A stretch of DNA of 64,000 nt from an uncultured Methanoregulaceae archaeon (lineage in GTDB: Archaea; Halobacteriota; Methanomicrobia; Methanomicrobiales; Methanospirillaceae). The notes under the pieces are model-generated. The model saw only the letters and a list, made by a program, of their open reading frames with translations. It searched no databases and was not told the origin of the DNA. The stretch lies in assembly GCA_963717525.1 (NCBI GenBank), contig OY970343.1, forward strand, positions 672,001 to 736,000, given 5' to 3'. Position 1 is the first letter of the stretch. Each line of letters begins with the position of its first letter. Below, in pieces: positions 41,529 to 51,788 of this stretch. Made by a program: the position numbers and the translations under genes.

Positions 41529-41743
41529 CCGGTCTGATTCCTGTAATATTTATTCAATTTTTTATTATAAAATTATAATGTTTTGCTTCTCACTCGATGG
41601 TGGTGAACCGAAACGGCAACACAAGTGCCCTCCTGCTCACCACTGCACGTATTCCGGAACCCCCGGAAAAAGTGGGCTCAAAAAAGATCGCCGGGGAATT
41701 TATCCCTGGTTGGATCCCATTCGAACAATTCGTTGTTCTTCAC

Positions 41744-44700
41744 TCACCACGGGTAGTAATTTTTATAGACATCATTATCAGACAATTGCCCTACCTTGTC
41801 GATATCTTCTTTGGAAGTTGGTTTCTGGTTGATGACTTTGATGACCTGGCTTCCACTGAAGAGCGCGTTTCCTCCGGTCTGGTCGATGACTCCGTCAACT
41901 TCCATAGTGACCTTGTTACCCGGGGAGACACCCACGAGGGCATTCCGCTGGAAGATAGCGACAAAGACCGACGGGAACAATTTGGTCCTCACAAGCCGGG
42001 TTGCCGGCGCGCCGTCGCAGTATACCGAGGTCGGGTCCACGTTCGCGGCCTGATAGCCTTTCGGCAGGAGGACGAACGCCACGAAGTACCCGTTGGTGTC
42101 CGCGAGGTTCAGCGGGTTTGGCAGGATCAGGTCCGTAGTCATAACAGTCTTCATCGGAGTGAGCGTGAAGGCAAGATTATACGTCCTGTCCAGTCCCGGA
42201 CTGTACGATGCGATCGTTACCGATTGAACAGCCGAGGTCTGGTAGCCATCTTCTGAGACGTAGACCTTGTGCGGTCCCGGCATGATATGGGTGTCAGAGG
42301 GTGTCAACCCAATGTTATTCCCGTCAATGAAGACGTTGGCCCCTTCTGGATTGGAATTAACGATAATCTCACCATACGGCGTATTGTCACCGTTAATGAC
42401 AGGGCTCAGCGGTACCGACGAAATAATAGTCCTTCCTGCAGTAACCTTAACCGAAGCAGAGTTGGGGTAATAGCCGTTTGCCGATAGCTGCACAAGGTAG
42501 GTAAGAGCGGGTTCGCCACTGAATGTTTTGGGTGTAACCGGGAGCGGGTTCATCGTATCCGTGATACCAGTGATTGAGATTTGAGCTCCCGTCACATTGG
42601 AGTTAACCGTCAGGGTTCCGGTCGCTTGAGTCGTCACCCCGCTGATGCTAAAGGTCGGGCTGGTTCCCATCACTGGCGGCGTAACACCGGTAGTGCTTAC
42701 CTGGACATAATAATCGGTCGCGGCACCTAATGGCATGCTTGATGGAACAGTATAGGAAACAGTACCCGTGGTTGCAGATACTGTTCCCGAGATGGATGCC
42801 TGGACCGCCGAACTGCTTTTCTTCATCAGGTTAACAACCACATTGGTTCCCGTCGGCAGATTTGCCTGAGTCCATGTGATTGTCTGCACTCCCGGGGTCC
42901 ATACAGTACTTGCGGTGGGCGTATTCACAGTAATAGACTGGGTAGTGGTGGTATAGGCGCTGAGGAACTGGTTTACCCCGAATGGTGTACCCGATCCGGA
43001 AGAGGCGGAAAGTTGCGGAGTCTCAACCCCTGCTGTTGCTGCGGGATCGGTTGTCGTTGCATAGGTAAAGGCCTCATTCATCGAAACTTTTCCATCTGCA
43101 GGATTAACATCAGCAGCATAGATGGGATTTCCAGCTGAATCAGCCCAATTGACCCCGCTGATCCACGGGTAGGAGAAATAATTTGAATTGGATGACTGAT
43201 CTCCGTTTGCCGCGGTTTCGATCACTCTGGTCTGTGTACCTGCGCTACTTATGAACGGGCCGACAAACCCCCCGCCGTAACATTGTTCCATCATCACCGT
43301 GATGTTTCCGACATTCATTGGCAATAAACTGTCAAATTGAGCTGGTGTAATCTGATCCGGACTCCAGAGATAGAGCCAGACATTGTTGTTGGTTTTTGGC
43401 GATTGTTCCACGCCATCCCATCCGCCATGGCCGGTGGTGAATATGAACAGGCTGTCGCTTGATCCCAGTTTACTGTATTTAGTGGTGAGAATGCTTTTCA
43501 CATTTGCATAGGTGGCAGCACCATATACCTCATTTACTGTACCACTGTCAAATATATTGGGGGATGTTCCCATAATGGGGGCATAGGTGGGTGCCGGGCC
43601 GTTACTGATGACCTGATCATTGGTAGTACTGGATCCATCGGATAACAGCACGGTGATGTGATCTTTTGGATAGTGGTAGGTCTGGTTCAGGGATGTGTAC
43701 ATGAACTTGATATCATTGTAATACCGGGCATAGTTGTAGGTCGGCGAGATAGCACCGGATATGAGAAGCGCATAATTATGAGTGCCGTCAGAGGGTAGAG
43801 GAGTGGGATCATTACCAATCGTTCCTATACTGGTTACTCCGCCAACATTCGGCATCTTTCCGCTGTTCCATGTGAACTGGATGTTGGTTGCTGGCGCATT
43901 GTCGGTATAGGTACCAGCAACACTCAGGTCATTCGCATTCAGGTAGTAATACTTGAGGGGATGTTCCCAGTTTGCGTTCGGTTGTTGGTCAACATAGACA
44001 AGGTATCCGGGAGGTACTGGGTAACGTGATTGTTTTCCCATTGAAGTCGGTAATAACTGTGTTCCCTGGTTCCAGAACCGGGGTATAGAATGCTTCTTTG
44101 GTGGTATCGTGACCAGATCCGGATTCTGCGGTTTGGACTGTGTTTACCGCTTGTTGGATGGGGGTACCATAAGAGAACTGGTCGGCCGGCGAAGGTGCAG
44201 ATGTGCCAATGGTGGCATTGGTGACAGTAACGTCTACAGTTCCGGTTGTGCCGGGCGGGGAGGTTGCTGTGATTTGAGTGGCGCTGTTGACAACCACGTT
44301 GGTAGCACTGTTGGTGCTAAAGTTTACAGTGAGTGGTTGCCAGTTAAAGTTTGTGCCGGTGATGGTTACCACCGTGCCACCGCCAGTCGAACCGGATGTA
44401 GGTGAGATAGCGGTGACTGTCGGTGGTGGAAGGTAGGTGTATTGATCTTCTGGTGGATTCAGTAAGGATGTGCCAAGTGGTGTAGTGACGTTGACATTAA
44501 CGGTCCCGGCTGAAGCGGCCGGGACGGTAGCAGTTATATAAGTATCACCGTTGATAATGAATGAGGTTGCCGCAGTTCCGCCAAAGCCTACTAGAGTTGC
44601 CCCGGTAAAGCCACTACCTGAAATGGTTACTGTGTTGCCCCCGGCGAGCGGGCCGCCGTTGGGAAAGATGCTGGATACAACCGGGGCTGATCCCACATAC

Positions 44701-45863
44701 GTGAACTTGTCGGCTGATGAAGTTGCAGATGTGCCAATGGTGGCATTAGTGACAGTAACGTCCACAGTTCCGGTTCCTGGCGGGACATTCACAGTTATGG
44801 TATTATCGTCAACAACATTGAGATTTGTCGCTGGGCTATCCTCACCAAAGTCAACCTCTGACGCACCTATAAAACCGCTACCCTCAATAGTCACTAATGT
44901 GCCAGCAGTACCGGAGTTCGGGGAGATGGAGTCGACAACCGGGGTTCCCGGAACTAATACCTGGAAGGCACCAGGTGCAGTGCATTCCCCACCATCAGGG
45001 TTGTAAATAACTACGTCGAAAGCATCTATATATGAATAATCCCCGGGAATAACTATATTACCCGTTATCGTCGTGCCGTCACTTGATACTACTGGGTTTT
45101 GGAGAGAGAGGTCCCCGCCATCGTCATATTGTAGCCACACGGTAGCACCATTTTGGAAGTTGGCGCCATTGATGGTCACCGGGACTGTTGTTCCAGTGTA
45201 ACCGCTCGCCGGTGAAATGGAAGTGATAACCGGTCCTGGAGTTACGGTGAACGCTCCTGGAGCAGTCACAGACTGTCCATCGGCGTTCGTAATCGTTACG
45301 TCAAAGGGCCCGGTCGTTGAGCCAGATGGTAATGAGGTTTGTACAATAGAGGGCGCACAAGTTACGGATGTAGTTGATCCACTGCCGAAGCAACTAAAGG
45401 TTGAAGCACCATTAGTAAATGTCACAGTTGGGTATCCTGAGTTTGTACCTGTGATGGTCAAAGTTGGATATCCACCACCCGGACCCTGGTTCGGCGCTAT
45501 GCTCGTGAAAGTCGGGGGTCCGATATAAGTAAATTGATCGGCTGAAGACGTTGCACTGATACCATTGGATGTTGTGACCGTTATGTCAACTGTTCCGGAT
45601 CCAGCAGGAGATATCGCGGTCATGTCATTATCATCACTAAATGTGAAAGATTGTGCATTGGTGCCGCCAAATTTTACTGCGGTCACACCGGTAAAACCAC
45701 TACCAGAAATGTAAACTGAGGTTCCACCCGCAAGTGGACCAAGGGAAGGATAGATGAATGTTACGGTTGGGGGGGGACCCGTTGCGTATACTGTTCCGAC
45801 TGCGATACAAAGAAACAGGAGAAAGACTCCTGCGACTATCAACTTTAGACTTCTAGTCTTCAT
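41744..45863 (-). CDS. Large secreted protein: IPT/TIG repeats + C13/legumain-like clan CD cysteine peptidase + PEGA domains (apparent +1 frameshift at about 44009)
   Basis: Signal peptide; about six IPT-like units (P.V.SISP.SG..GG.VTI.G.GF); YALLISG, RYYND, TTGHGG, MEQCYGGGF, ETPQ; PEGA motif VNSNPEGANVFIDG. Confidence 0.82.
44196..44775. repeat. Intragenic 52-bp near-identical direct repeat (44196-44247 and 44724-44775)
   Basis: TGCAGATGTGCCAATGGTGGCATT(G/A)GTGACAGTAACGTC(T/C)ACAGTTCCGGTT, 2 mismatches, 528 bp apart. Confidence 0.85.
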
Positions 45864-46385
45864 TCCCTTTCCCTCACAGAATTTAATAATTTTATAGCAA
45901 TCGAGTTCATCTGAATTGTTATTATATTAATTAATCGATTTGAATTAGTAAATTTCACCATTTTTTATATTGAGTTATATTTAGATATTTTCGTTTTTTT
46001 ATAATGAGTAATATTGAGATCACGTTTTTTTTGCAGGAAAGACAGTTCTGCTCGGGAAAATAAACCTAAATCTGCTCTTATCGCTCCGCAAACCAACCCT
46101 CCCTGAATTGAGTAACAGCCTTTTCGAATAAAAGGGGGAAGGTCCTTGCCGGTATGCCTTTTTGTGCGCGCGATATCAGTCTGTGCCGCGAGCAGGAATA
46201 TTTTCCACCAGGTTTGTACCATCGGAACGACGGCTATCTGAGTATATTTCGAAATGCCTGATTACCTGGCTTCAGCTTCTACCCGTACCAGCAGGGGATT
46301 CTTAAAAACCGAGCAAGATTGGGTAAAATCCTTTCAAAACATATTTAAAATCTCGTATTATAACAATGGAATATATGGGTGCGTT

Positions 46386-48923
46386 ATGATAGAGAGACCT
46401 ATAATAATCCCAGCTCTTTTGTTGATTCTCATAATGGCTTTTCTGGCTGTACCGGTGTCGGCAGGACTCCTTGTCGAAGGTGGGTCATCGATAACGACGT
46501 CGTATGGATCTACGACATTTAATTTTACAATTATGAATACTAAAATTCCTAAAGATGGTACTATCACCATCGACGTCTCAACTTTGGATCAACCAGCGGG
46601 GTCTTCACTATTAGATGGCACCAATCCCTTCAGCGAGTGGTATGGTAATTTCACAACCGCTAATGTTGAAGTAACAAACAATGGACCCGCAACGTGGACG
46701 GCTACAGTAGATCCGACTTACTCGACCCTCACGCTGACATCAACCGGTGCGGATACTCCGGTGAATGATTACGTGAATGTAACCTTCATTGGGGTTAAGG
46801 GGAGTCCCTGGACCGTTGATTCTTTTGGGGGGGATATCCCCCTTTTTCTGATTGCAACTAGAACCGATGATTCATCCACAGCACCCTTAAACTTCGATAT
46901 CGACACGGTACCGGGGACTCTTTCTGTTGTAAACGGTCCGGTAATTTCGACTCCTTCCGGATCTACGTGGGCTAATTTTACCATCACAGGAAATGATATC
47001 GATCAGGGCGATAACATCTCCATCCCCCTAGGTGGTCTGACCCCAGTCATAGCCGGGGGAGAACCCCTAACAAACGCCAACGTACAGGTAACAAATACCG
47101 GACTGGCCACATGGACGGGTCAAATCAGTGGTAAAACCCTGAACCTCACGGCAAACACTAACTTTGCGGCTGTCGGCGATACGGTAAACGTGACATTCAT
47201 CGGCGGAGCATCAGGTGCACCCCACTGGCTTGATAATTCGGATGGACAACAGAATATCTTATTGACTGCAACCAGAGTGGATTCAAGGCCCGATTCACTT
47301 AACCCTCCTAATCCAAGCGTTAATTTCAACTTCGATATTAATACAATTCCTCCTTCCAATGTAGCAAATACCACGATCAACGGGTTGACCATTACCAATT
47401 GCAATGGTCCACAGTCACTCAGCGTTGACACATCCATTGTGCCATCAGCCGCGTTAATCCCCAACAGCTCTGTGCTGCAAATCCAGCCAGTGAACAGTGG
47501 TTTTAAGACGATTACGTTTTATTCCCGGAGTGGTTTTTCCCAAAATGGTAACCTGATCACCGGAGCAATTTCCGGCGTCAATCTGGTTTCGAAAGAGATA
47601 ACGCCAGTGTCAGGGTTTTCAACCGGCATCGGGCCGCAGGCTTCGTTTAACTATAGTATTTTCCTTTCGGCTTATCCCTGTGCTGCGACGCTGAGCACGC
47701 AAATCTGGGAAGGCGCATTAAGTGGGGATACTAATACGTTCTTCCAGATTGTGAATAATAATGGAAATAAAGCCTCTCTTATAGGCACAGCCTATGAAAC
47801 AAAGATCGTCAAGACCAATTTCCCCACTCCTGATACAGTGAAGATCCATATGAGTGTCAATTCAAGCTGGATCTCATCGTTACCGGGTGCTAATCACATC
47901 TATATTGGACGTATTCCTGACAGCGGAACAGGAAGTGTACTCAATACAAGTTTCCTGTACTATGACCCCGTGAAAAACCTTGACTATTTTGAGGCTGATT
48001 CTCCGGGAGGACTTTCAACATTTGGTTTGTTGGCCCTTGGACCAAATAACAATGTTTTCCAGATCATAACGCTCGCCATCGTAAACCAGGTAAGCTACCT
48101 GGCCCCGGCCGCCCAGGCTGCCCCAGCGGCCCCGGCAGCCGCTGCTCCGGCAGGCCAGTCATATGTGGGATCGGCATCCAGCGCCTCAACACAGTATCCC
48201 CAGTTCACCCCCATGGTGACCGCGGCCCCGACGACCCCTGCGCCGCCCGACCCCGGCCAGACAGCAAAAATCAATTCCAATGCAAACGGTGTGATTACCC
48301 AGGCGGCAACATTAGTCTCAACCGATAAGCGCGCGACCCTTATTCTCGGTGAAGGGGTCACCGCAAAAGACAGTGCGGGCCATCCGCTCTCTTCGATAAC
48401 CATAAAAGCCATTCCGGAAGGCGACCTGCCGTCCACTTCCCCGGGAACGGATTTCTCTTTTGCAGGCATGGCATACGAAATCACTCCCGATGGTGCGACA
48501 TTCTCACCTTCATTGGCACTCTCGTTTGTTGTCCCTCTCAATGCTCCGATAGGGGAAGAGCTTACCATTAAAGAGTATGACCAGGCAACCGGGACGTGGC
48601 AGGATCTCCCTACCCAGCATGATCCTTCAACAGGGAAATTGACGACAAGTATCTCTCACTTCTGTTGTTTCGCCATTTTCGCCAAATCAACGGCACCCGC
48701 CGCGCAATCTGCATTCCTGACCCCGGCTCCGACGGCAAATACGAACGCGGTTACCCCTCCTCCGCCTGCTAATGCAATGTCAGCCTTTATCGGGATGATG
48801 TTCTGGATCGCAACCCTGATAGCACAAAATCTTATAATCTTTGCAGGAATCGTTATAATTGCAGTGGCTGTTATCCTGTATGCCCGGAAACGGCGAATCG
48901 ATCGACGGCTGGGTGGCATCTGA
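46386..48923 (+). CDS. Cell-surface glycoprotein with PGF-pre-PGF-like domain and C-terminal membrane anchor
   Basis: Signal peptide; two internal repeats (FTI....I....I.I, T.ANV.VTN.G.ATWT, VNVTFIG); FEADSPGGLSTFGL; Ala/Pro linker; ISHFCCFAIF; TM followed by RKRR. Confidence 0.8.
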   Translation: MIERPIIIPALLLILIMAFLAVPVSAGLLVEGGSSITTSYGSTTFNFTIMNTKIPKDGTITIDVSTLDQPAGSSLLDGTNPFSEWYGNFTTANVEVTNNGPATWTATVDPTYSTLTLTSTGADTPVNDYVNVTFIGVKGSPWTVDSFGGDIPLFLIATRTDDSSTAPLNFDIDTVPGTLSVVNGPVISTPSGSTWANFTITGNDIDQGDNISIPLGGLTPVIAGGEPLTNANVQVTNTGLATWTGQISGKTLNLTANTNFAAVGDTVNVTFIGGASGAPHWLDNSDGQQNILLTATRVDSRPDSLNPPNPSVNFNFDINTIPPSNVANTTINGLTITNCNGPQSLSVDTSIVPSAALIPNSSVLQIQPVNSGFKTITFYSRSGFSQNGNLITGAISGVNLVSKEITPVSGFSTGIGPQASFNYSIFLSAYPCAATLSTQIWEGALSGDTNTFFQIVNNNGNKASLIGTAYETKIVKTNFPTPDTVKIHMSVNSSWISSLPGANHIYIGRIPDSGTGSVLNTSFLYYDPVKNLDYFEADSPGGLSTFGLLALGPNNNVFQIITLAIVNQVSYLAPAAQAAPAAPAAAAPAGQSYVGSASSASTQYPQFTPMVTAAPTTPAPPDPGQTAKINSNANGVITQAATLVSTDKRATLILGEGVTAKDSAGHPLSSITIKAIPEGDLPSTSPGTDFSFAGMAYEITPDGATFSPSLALSFVVPLNAPIGEELTIKEYDQATGTWQDLPTQHDPSTGKLTTSISHFCCFAIFAKSTAPAAQSAFLTPAPTANTNAVTPPPPANAMSAFIGMMFWIATLIAQNLIIFAGIVIIAVAVILYARKRRIDRRLGGI

Positions 48924-49011
48924 ATATTTTTTAAGCCACACGGACAGCCAGCGGGCAGGCAATTATAATCCCATCACATTACCGTTGAGAGACGATGCGA
49001 AATAACCGATC

Positions 49012-49755
49012 ATGACACTCACCAGTTTCACGATGGAGCATCCCTATCTCGACGCTTTCGTGTTCCTGCTGATCTTTGTTCTCGTACTCATCACCTTTGC
49101 TGTCGCAAACATCCTCCTCGCGACAGGGATTCTCGAACAGGTTGCCATCGTAGATCTTATTCTTGCCATCGTCGGGCTCTTCCTGGTCAAACGCCTCGGC
49201 TGGTGGGAGAAAGCAGGGTACAACACGGGAATCCGGCTGTCATATGTTCCCCTTTTTATCCTGCCCTGTGCAGTAGCCCTGACCTCGCTCGCGGAGGGCA
49301 TCAGGGTGACCGCAGCCCTCGAGATCTTCACCTTCGCAGTCCTGACTATTGTTATCGCACTTGCGGAGGAGACTTTTTTCCGTGGCCTGATATTTACTGC
49401 TCTTCTTCCTGCAGGGACATTTCGGGCGGTCATTATCAGCTCTTTCCTTTTTGCGGCGCTCCATCTCCTCAATATAAGCGGTGGCACATGGGATCTGTTC
49501 TACACGGTCACGGATACCATCGCAGCTTTTGGTCTCGGGATCACCTATGCCGCAATCCGGTTACGGACAGGGAGTATCTGGCCCCTTGTCGGCATTCACG
49601 CACTCTTTGATTTTACCCTGATTCTTTCCCTGGGGGGGATCAATGTTTCAGCGCAATCACTGCAGGTCCTGCTCACGTCAGTTGTTATCGGCATTGTCTT
49701 TATACTATATGGGTTGTTTCTCCTCCGGGCGAAGGGAACAGAGCCATTGCGATGA
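49012..49755 (+). CDS. CPBP/CAAX (Abi, Rce1-like) intramembrane glutamic protease
   Basis: AEETFFRG, FAALH, SIWPLVGIHALFD. Confidence 0.92.
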   Translation: MTLTSFTMEHPYLDAFVFLLIFVLVLITFAVANILLATGILEQVAIVDLILAIVGLFLVKRLGWWEKAGYNTGIRLSYVPLFILPCAVALTSLAEGIRVTAALEIFTFAVLTIVIALAEETFFRGLIFTALLPAGTFRAVIISSFLFAALHLLNISGGTWDLFYTVTDTIAAFGLGITYAAIRLRTGSIWPLVGIHALFDFTLILSLGGINVSAQSLQVLLTSVVIGIVFILYGLFLLRAKGTEPLR

Positions 49756-49920
49756 CCTGTGAAAACGTGCGCTTGTCTGCCGGCAGTCAAAATAACCCGG
49801 CATCAGGGATTTTTTTATAAAGGGCAGTTTTGAGAGGGATTTAACCTCCTGGAAAAAGATTTCCCCCGCACCAGATCCAGTGGTTATAGCCTCTCGCGTT
49901 CTGGAGACCGTATGGTATGC

Positions 49921-50279
49921 GGGGGAGGGGGGTGACCCCTGTTGCCCCGGGATATGGGTAGGGGGTACCCCCCCAGTTAAAAAAAAGAAAGGAGGGGGGT
50001 GGGGATCACCCCCCTCCCCCCTTGGCCGCAAACGGCTCTTTCCCTGCATGGCCGTACCCGGTATTTCGCGTGGAATCTCCGGCGTGAGATGTAGCACCAA
50101 CAGGTTTTTTTGGGAATATGGTGAAGGACCGGCACGGGTCTGATGGGGGGAGGGTACCCCCCGGTTACGATCCTGAGAGGGGAGGGGGATGACCCCCTGT
50201 TGCTCCGGCACATGGGTGGGGGGTACCCCCCGGTTAAAAAAAAAGAAGGTAGGGGGGTGGGGATCACCCCCCTCCCTCT
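49921..50279. repeat. Duplicated ~100-bp G/C-tract palindromic element (49921-50021 and 50179-50279, partial copy 50143-50167)
   Basis: Unit GGGGAGGGGG.TGACCCC.TGTTGC..CCGG...ATGGGT.GGGGGTACCCCCC.GTTAAAAAAAAGAA.G.AGGGGGGTGGGGATCACCCCCCTCCC. Confidence 0.9.
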
Positions 50280-50414
50280 TTTATCCGGGCAGACCCGGTT
50301 ATTGAGAGATCAGATCCGCAATGTGTCAGGGATGAGGGCCGGTCCGAGCCCGGATTTAGAAGAGGGAACGTTATATTGGGGAATAGTATATCTCCTCTTC
50401 CAATTACAAAAAAA

Positions 50415-50853
50415 TCAGAGAGTCTTGTCGAGGATGACCTGCTGCGATCCATCCGAGAAGAGAGCGATGCCGAGAACCCGGTCCTTTCCGGAGTCCGGTG
50501 CAGCGAGCATCGCGTTTGCACCCACGGAAAGGATGCCGCCGCTCGACGGGTGATCCTGAATGCCGGCCGTCACGCTCGATCCACTGATCCAGGTAGCCGG
50601 CGCCCCGCCGTTTACGGTCCAGTTGATCCCGACAACTGATTTGCTATTCTGGCCGCCGACAAAGGTGACAGTCACGTACGATCCGTTCACGCGGCTGATG
50701 GTCGATGTCGCAATCTTGCCTTTTTGCATGTTTCCCGTCATGCCCATAACAAACGCGACGATGACCGCTGCAAGGAGCACGGTGATCGCAACCAGCAGGA
50801 TCTGTACTCACCACTTCAGAGATAGCATCATCATTCTTTTTGCATTTTATCAA
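50415..50853 (-). CDS. Archaeal type IV pilin (DUF1628-like; apparent +1 frameshift at about 50802)
   Basis: KKNDDA|ISEVVST then ILLVAITVLLAAVIVAFV class III signal in the next frame; tail FSDGSQQVILD; start uncertain. Confidence 0.8.
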
Positions 50854-51095
50854 AAATATCACGCACCGGACACCTTTTCCCTGACCGGGCAAAGTGTTTT
50901 TTATATATATGGAACCATAGGGATTGATAAGTGTTGTTTAGCGATGTCAGTTTTGATTTATATTTCCGGGATCATTACACGGTTGTTTTCGGTTTTCTGT
51001 GACTCTGCGTAGAAATATGTATGAAGATCCGGCCTCTCGCGCGGATGCCGAAACATGCACACTTAAATGGCCTTGAACATACACCTCAGGCAAGC

Positions 51096-51749
51096 ATGAA
51101 GATCGCCATATTTCAGCACGCCGCATCAGAGCCTGCCGGGTATTTCGAAACGGTCTTTTCCGAACATAAAATCCCGCATGAATACATCCGCCTCTACGAA
51201 ACCAATGAAGTGCCGGCCACTGGTGCCACCCATTTTATGTTCATGGGCGGGCCGATGAGCGTTAACGATGAGAAGGAGTTCCCGTACCTGAAAGAAGAAA
51301 AGGCCCTGATCCGGAACGCCGTGAAACGGGGCCGGCCGGTCCTTGGCATCTGCCTCGGTGCCCAACTGATCGCATCGGCGTTCGGCGCGAAAGTCTACCC
51401 GTACCGGCAGGAGACCGGATGGTGCAGGCTTATACGGGAGCCGGATCTGCCCGGCGCACTCTCCCGGTTCCCGGCACAGTTTTCGGTATTCCAGCTCCAC
51501 GGTGAAACCTTCGATCTCCCGGCCGGTGCCCACCTGCTCTGCACCGGTGATATCGTAAAGCACCAGGCATTTGTATACAAAACAACCCTTGCCCTCCAGT
51601 TCCATCTTGAGCTCACCGACGCGATCATCAGCGAATGGACACAGGACATGGAGCCAGCAACACGGGAGGCAATACTCAGGGAAACCCCCCAATACCTTAC
51701 GGAAAGCAACCGGCTCTGCCGGATAATTGCCGAATATTTTATCGCGTAA
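51096..51749 (+). CDS. Class I glutamine amidotransferase-like protein
   Basis: MGGPMSV, GICLGAQL, HGETF, QFHLE. Confidence 0.9.
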   Translation: MKIAIFQHAASEPAGYFETVFSEHKIPHEYIRLYETNEVPATGATHFMFMGGPMSVNDEKEFPYLKEEKALIRNAVKRGRPVLGICLGAQLIASAFGAKVYPYRQETGWCRLIREPDLPGALSRFPAQFSVFQLHGETFDLPAGAHLLCTGDIVKHQAFVYKTTLALQFHLELTDAIISEWTQDMEPATREAILRETPQYLTESNRLCRIIAEYFIA

Positions 51750-51788
51750 AGCAAAAGTGAAAACGGGCGGCTTTACCCGTCACATTTT

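Noticed and set aside
49880..50553. ORFs over the G/C repeat region, and a CRISPR interpretation of the repeats
   Set aside because: Low-complexity Gly/Pro translations; only two ~100-bp units, no regular repeat-spacer pattern and no cas genes
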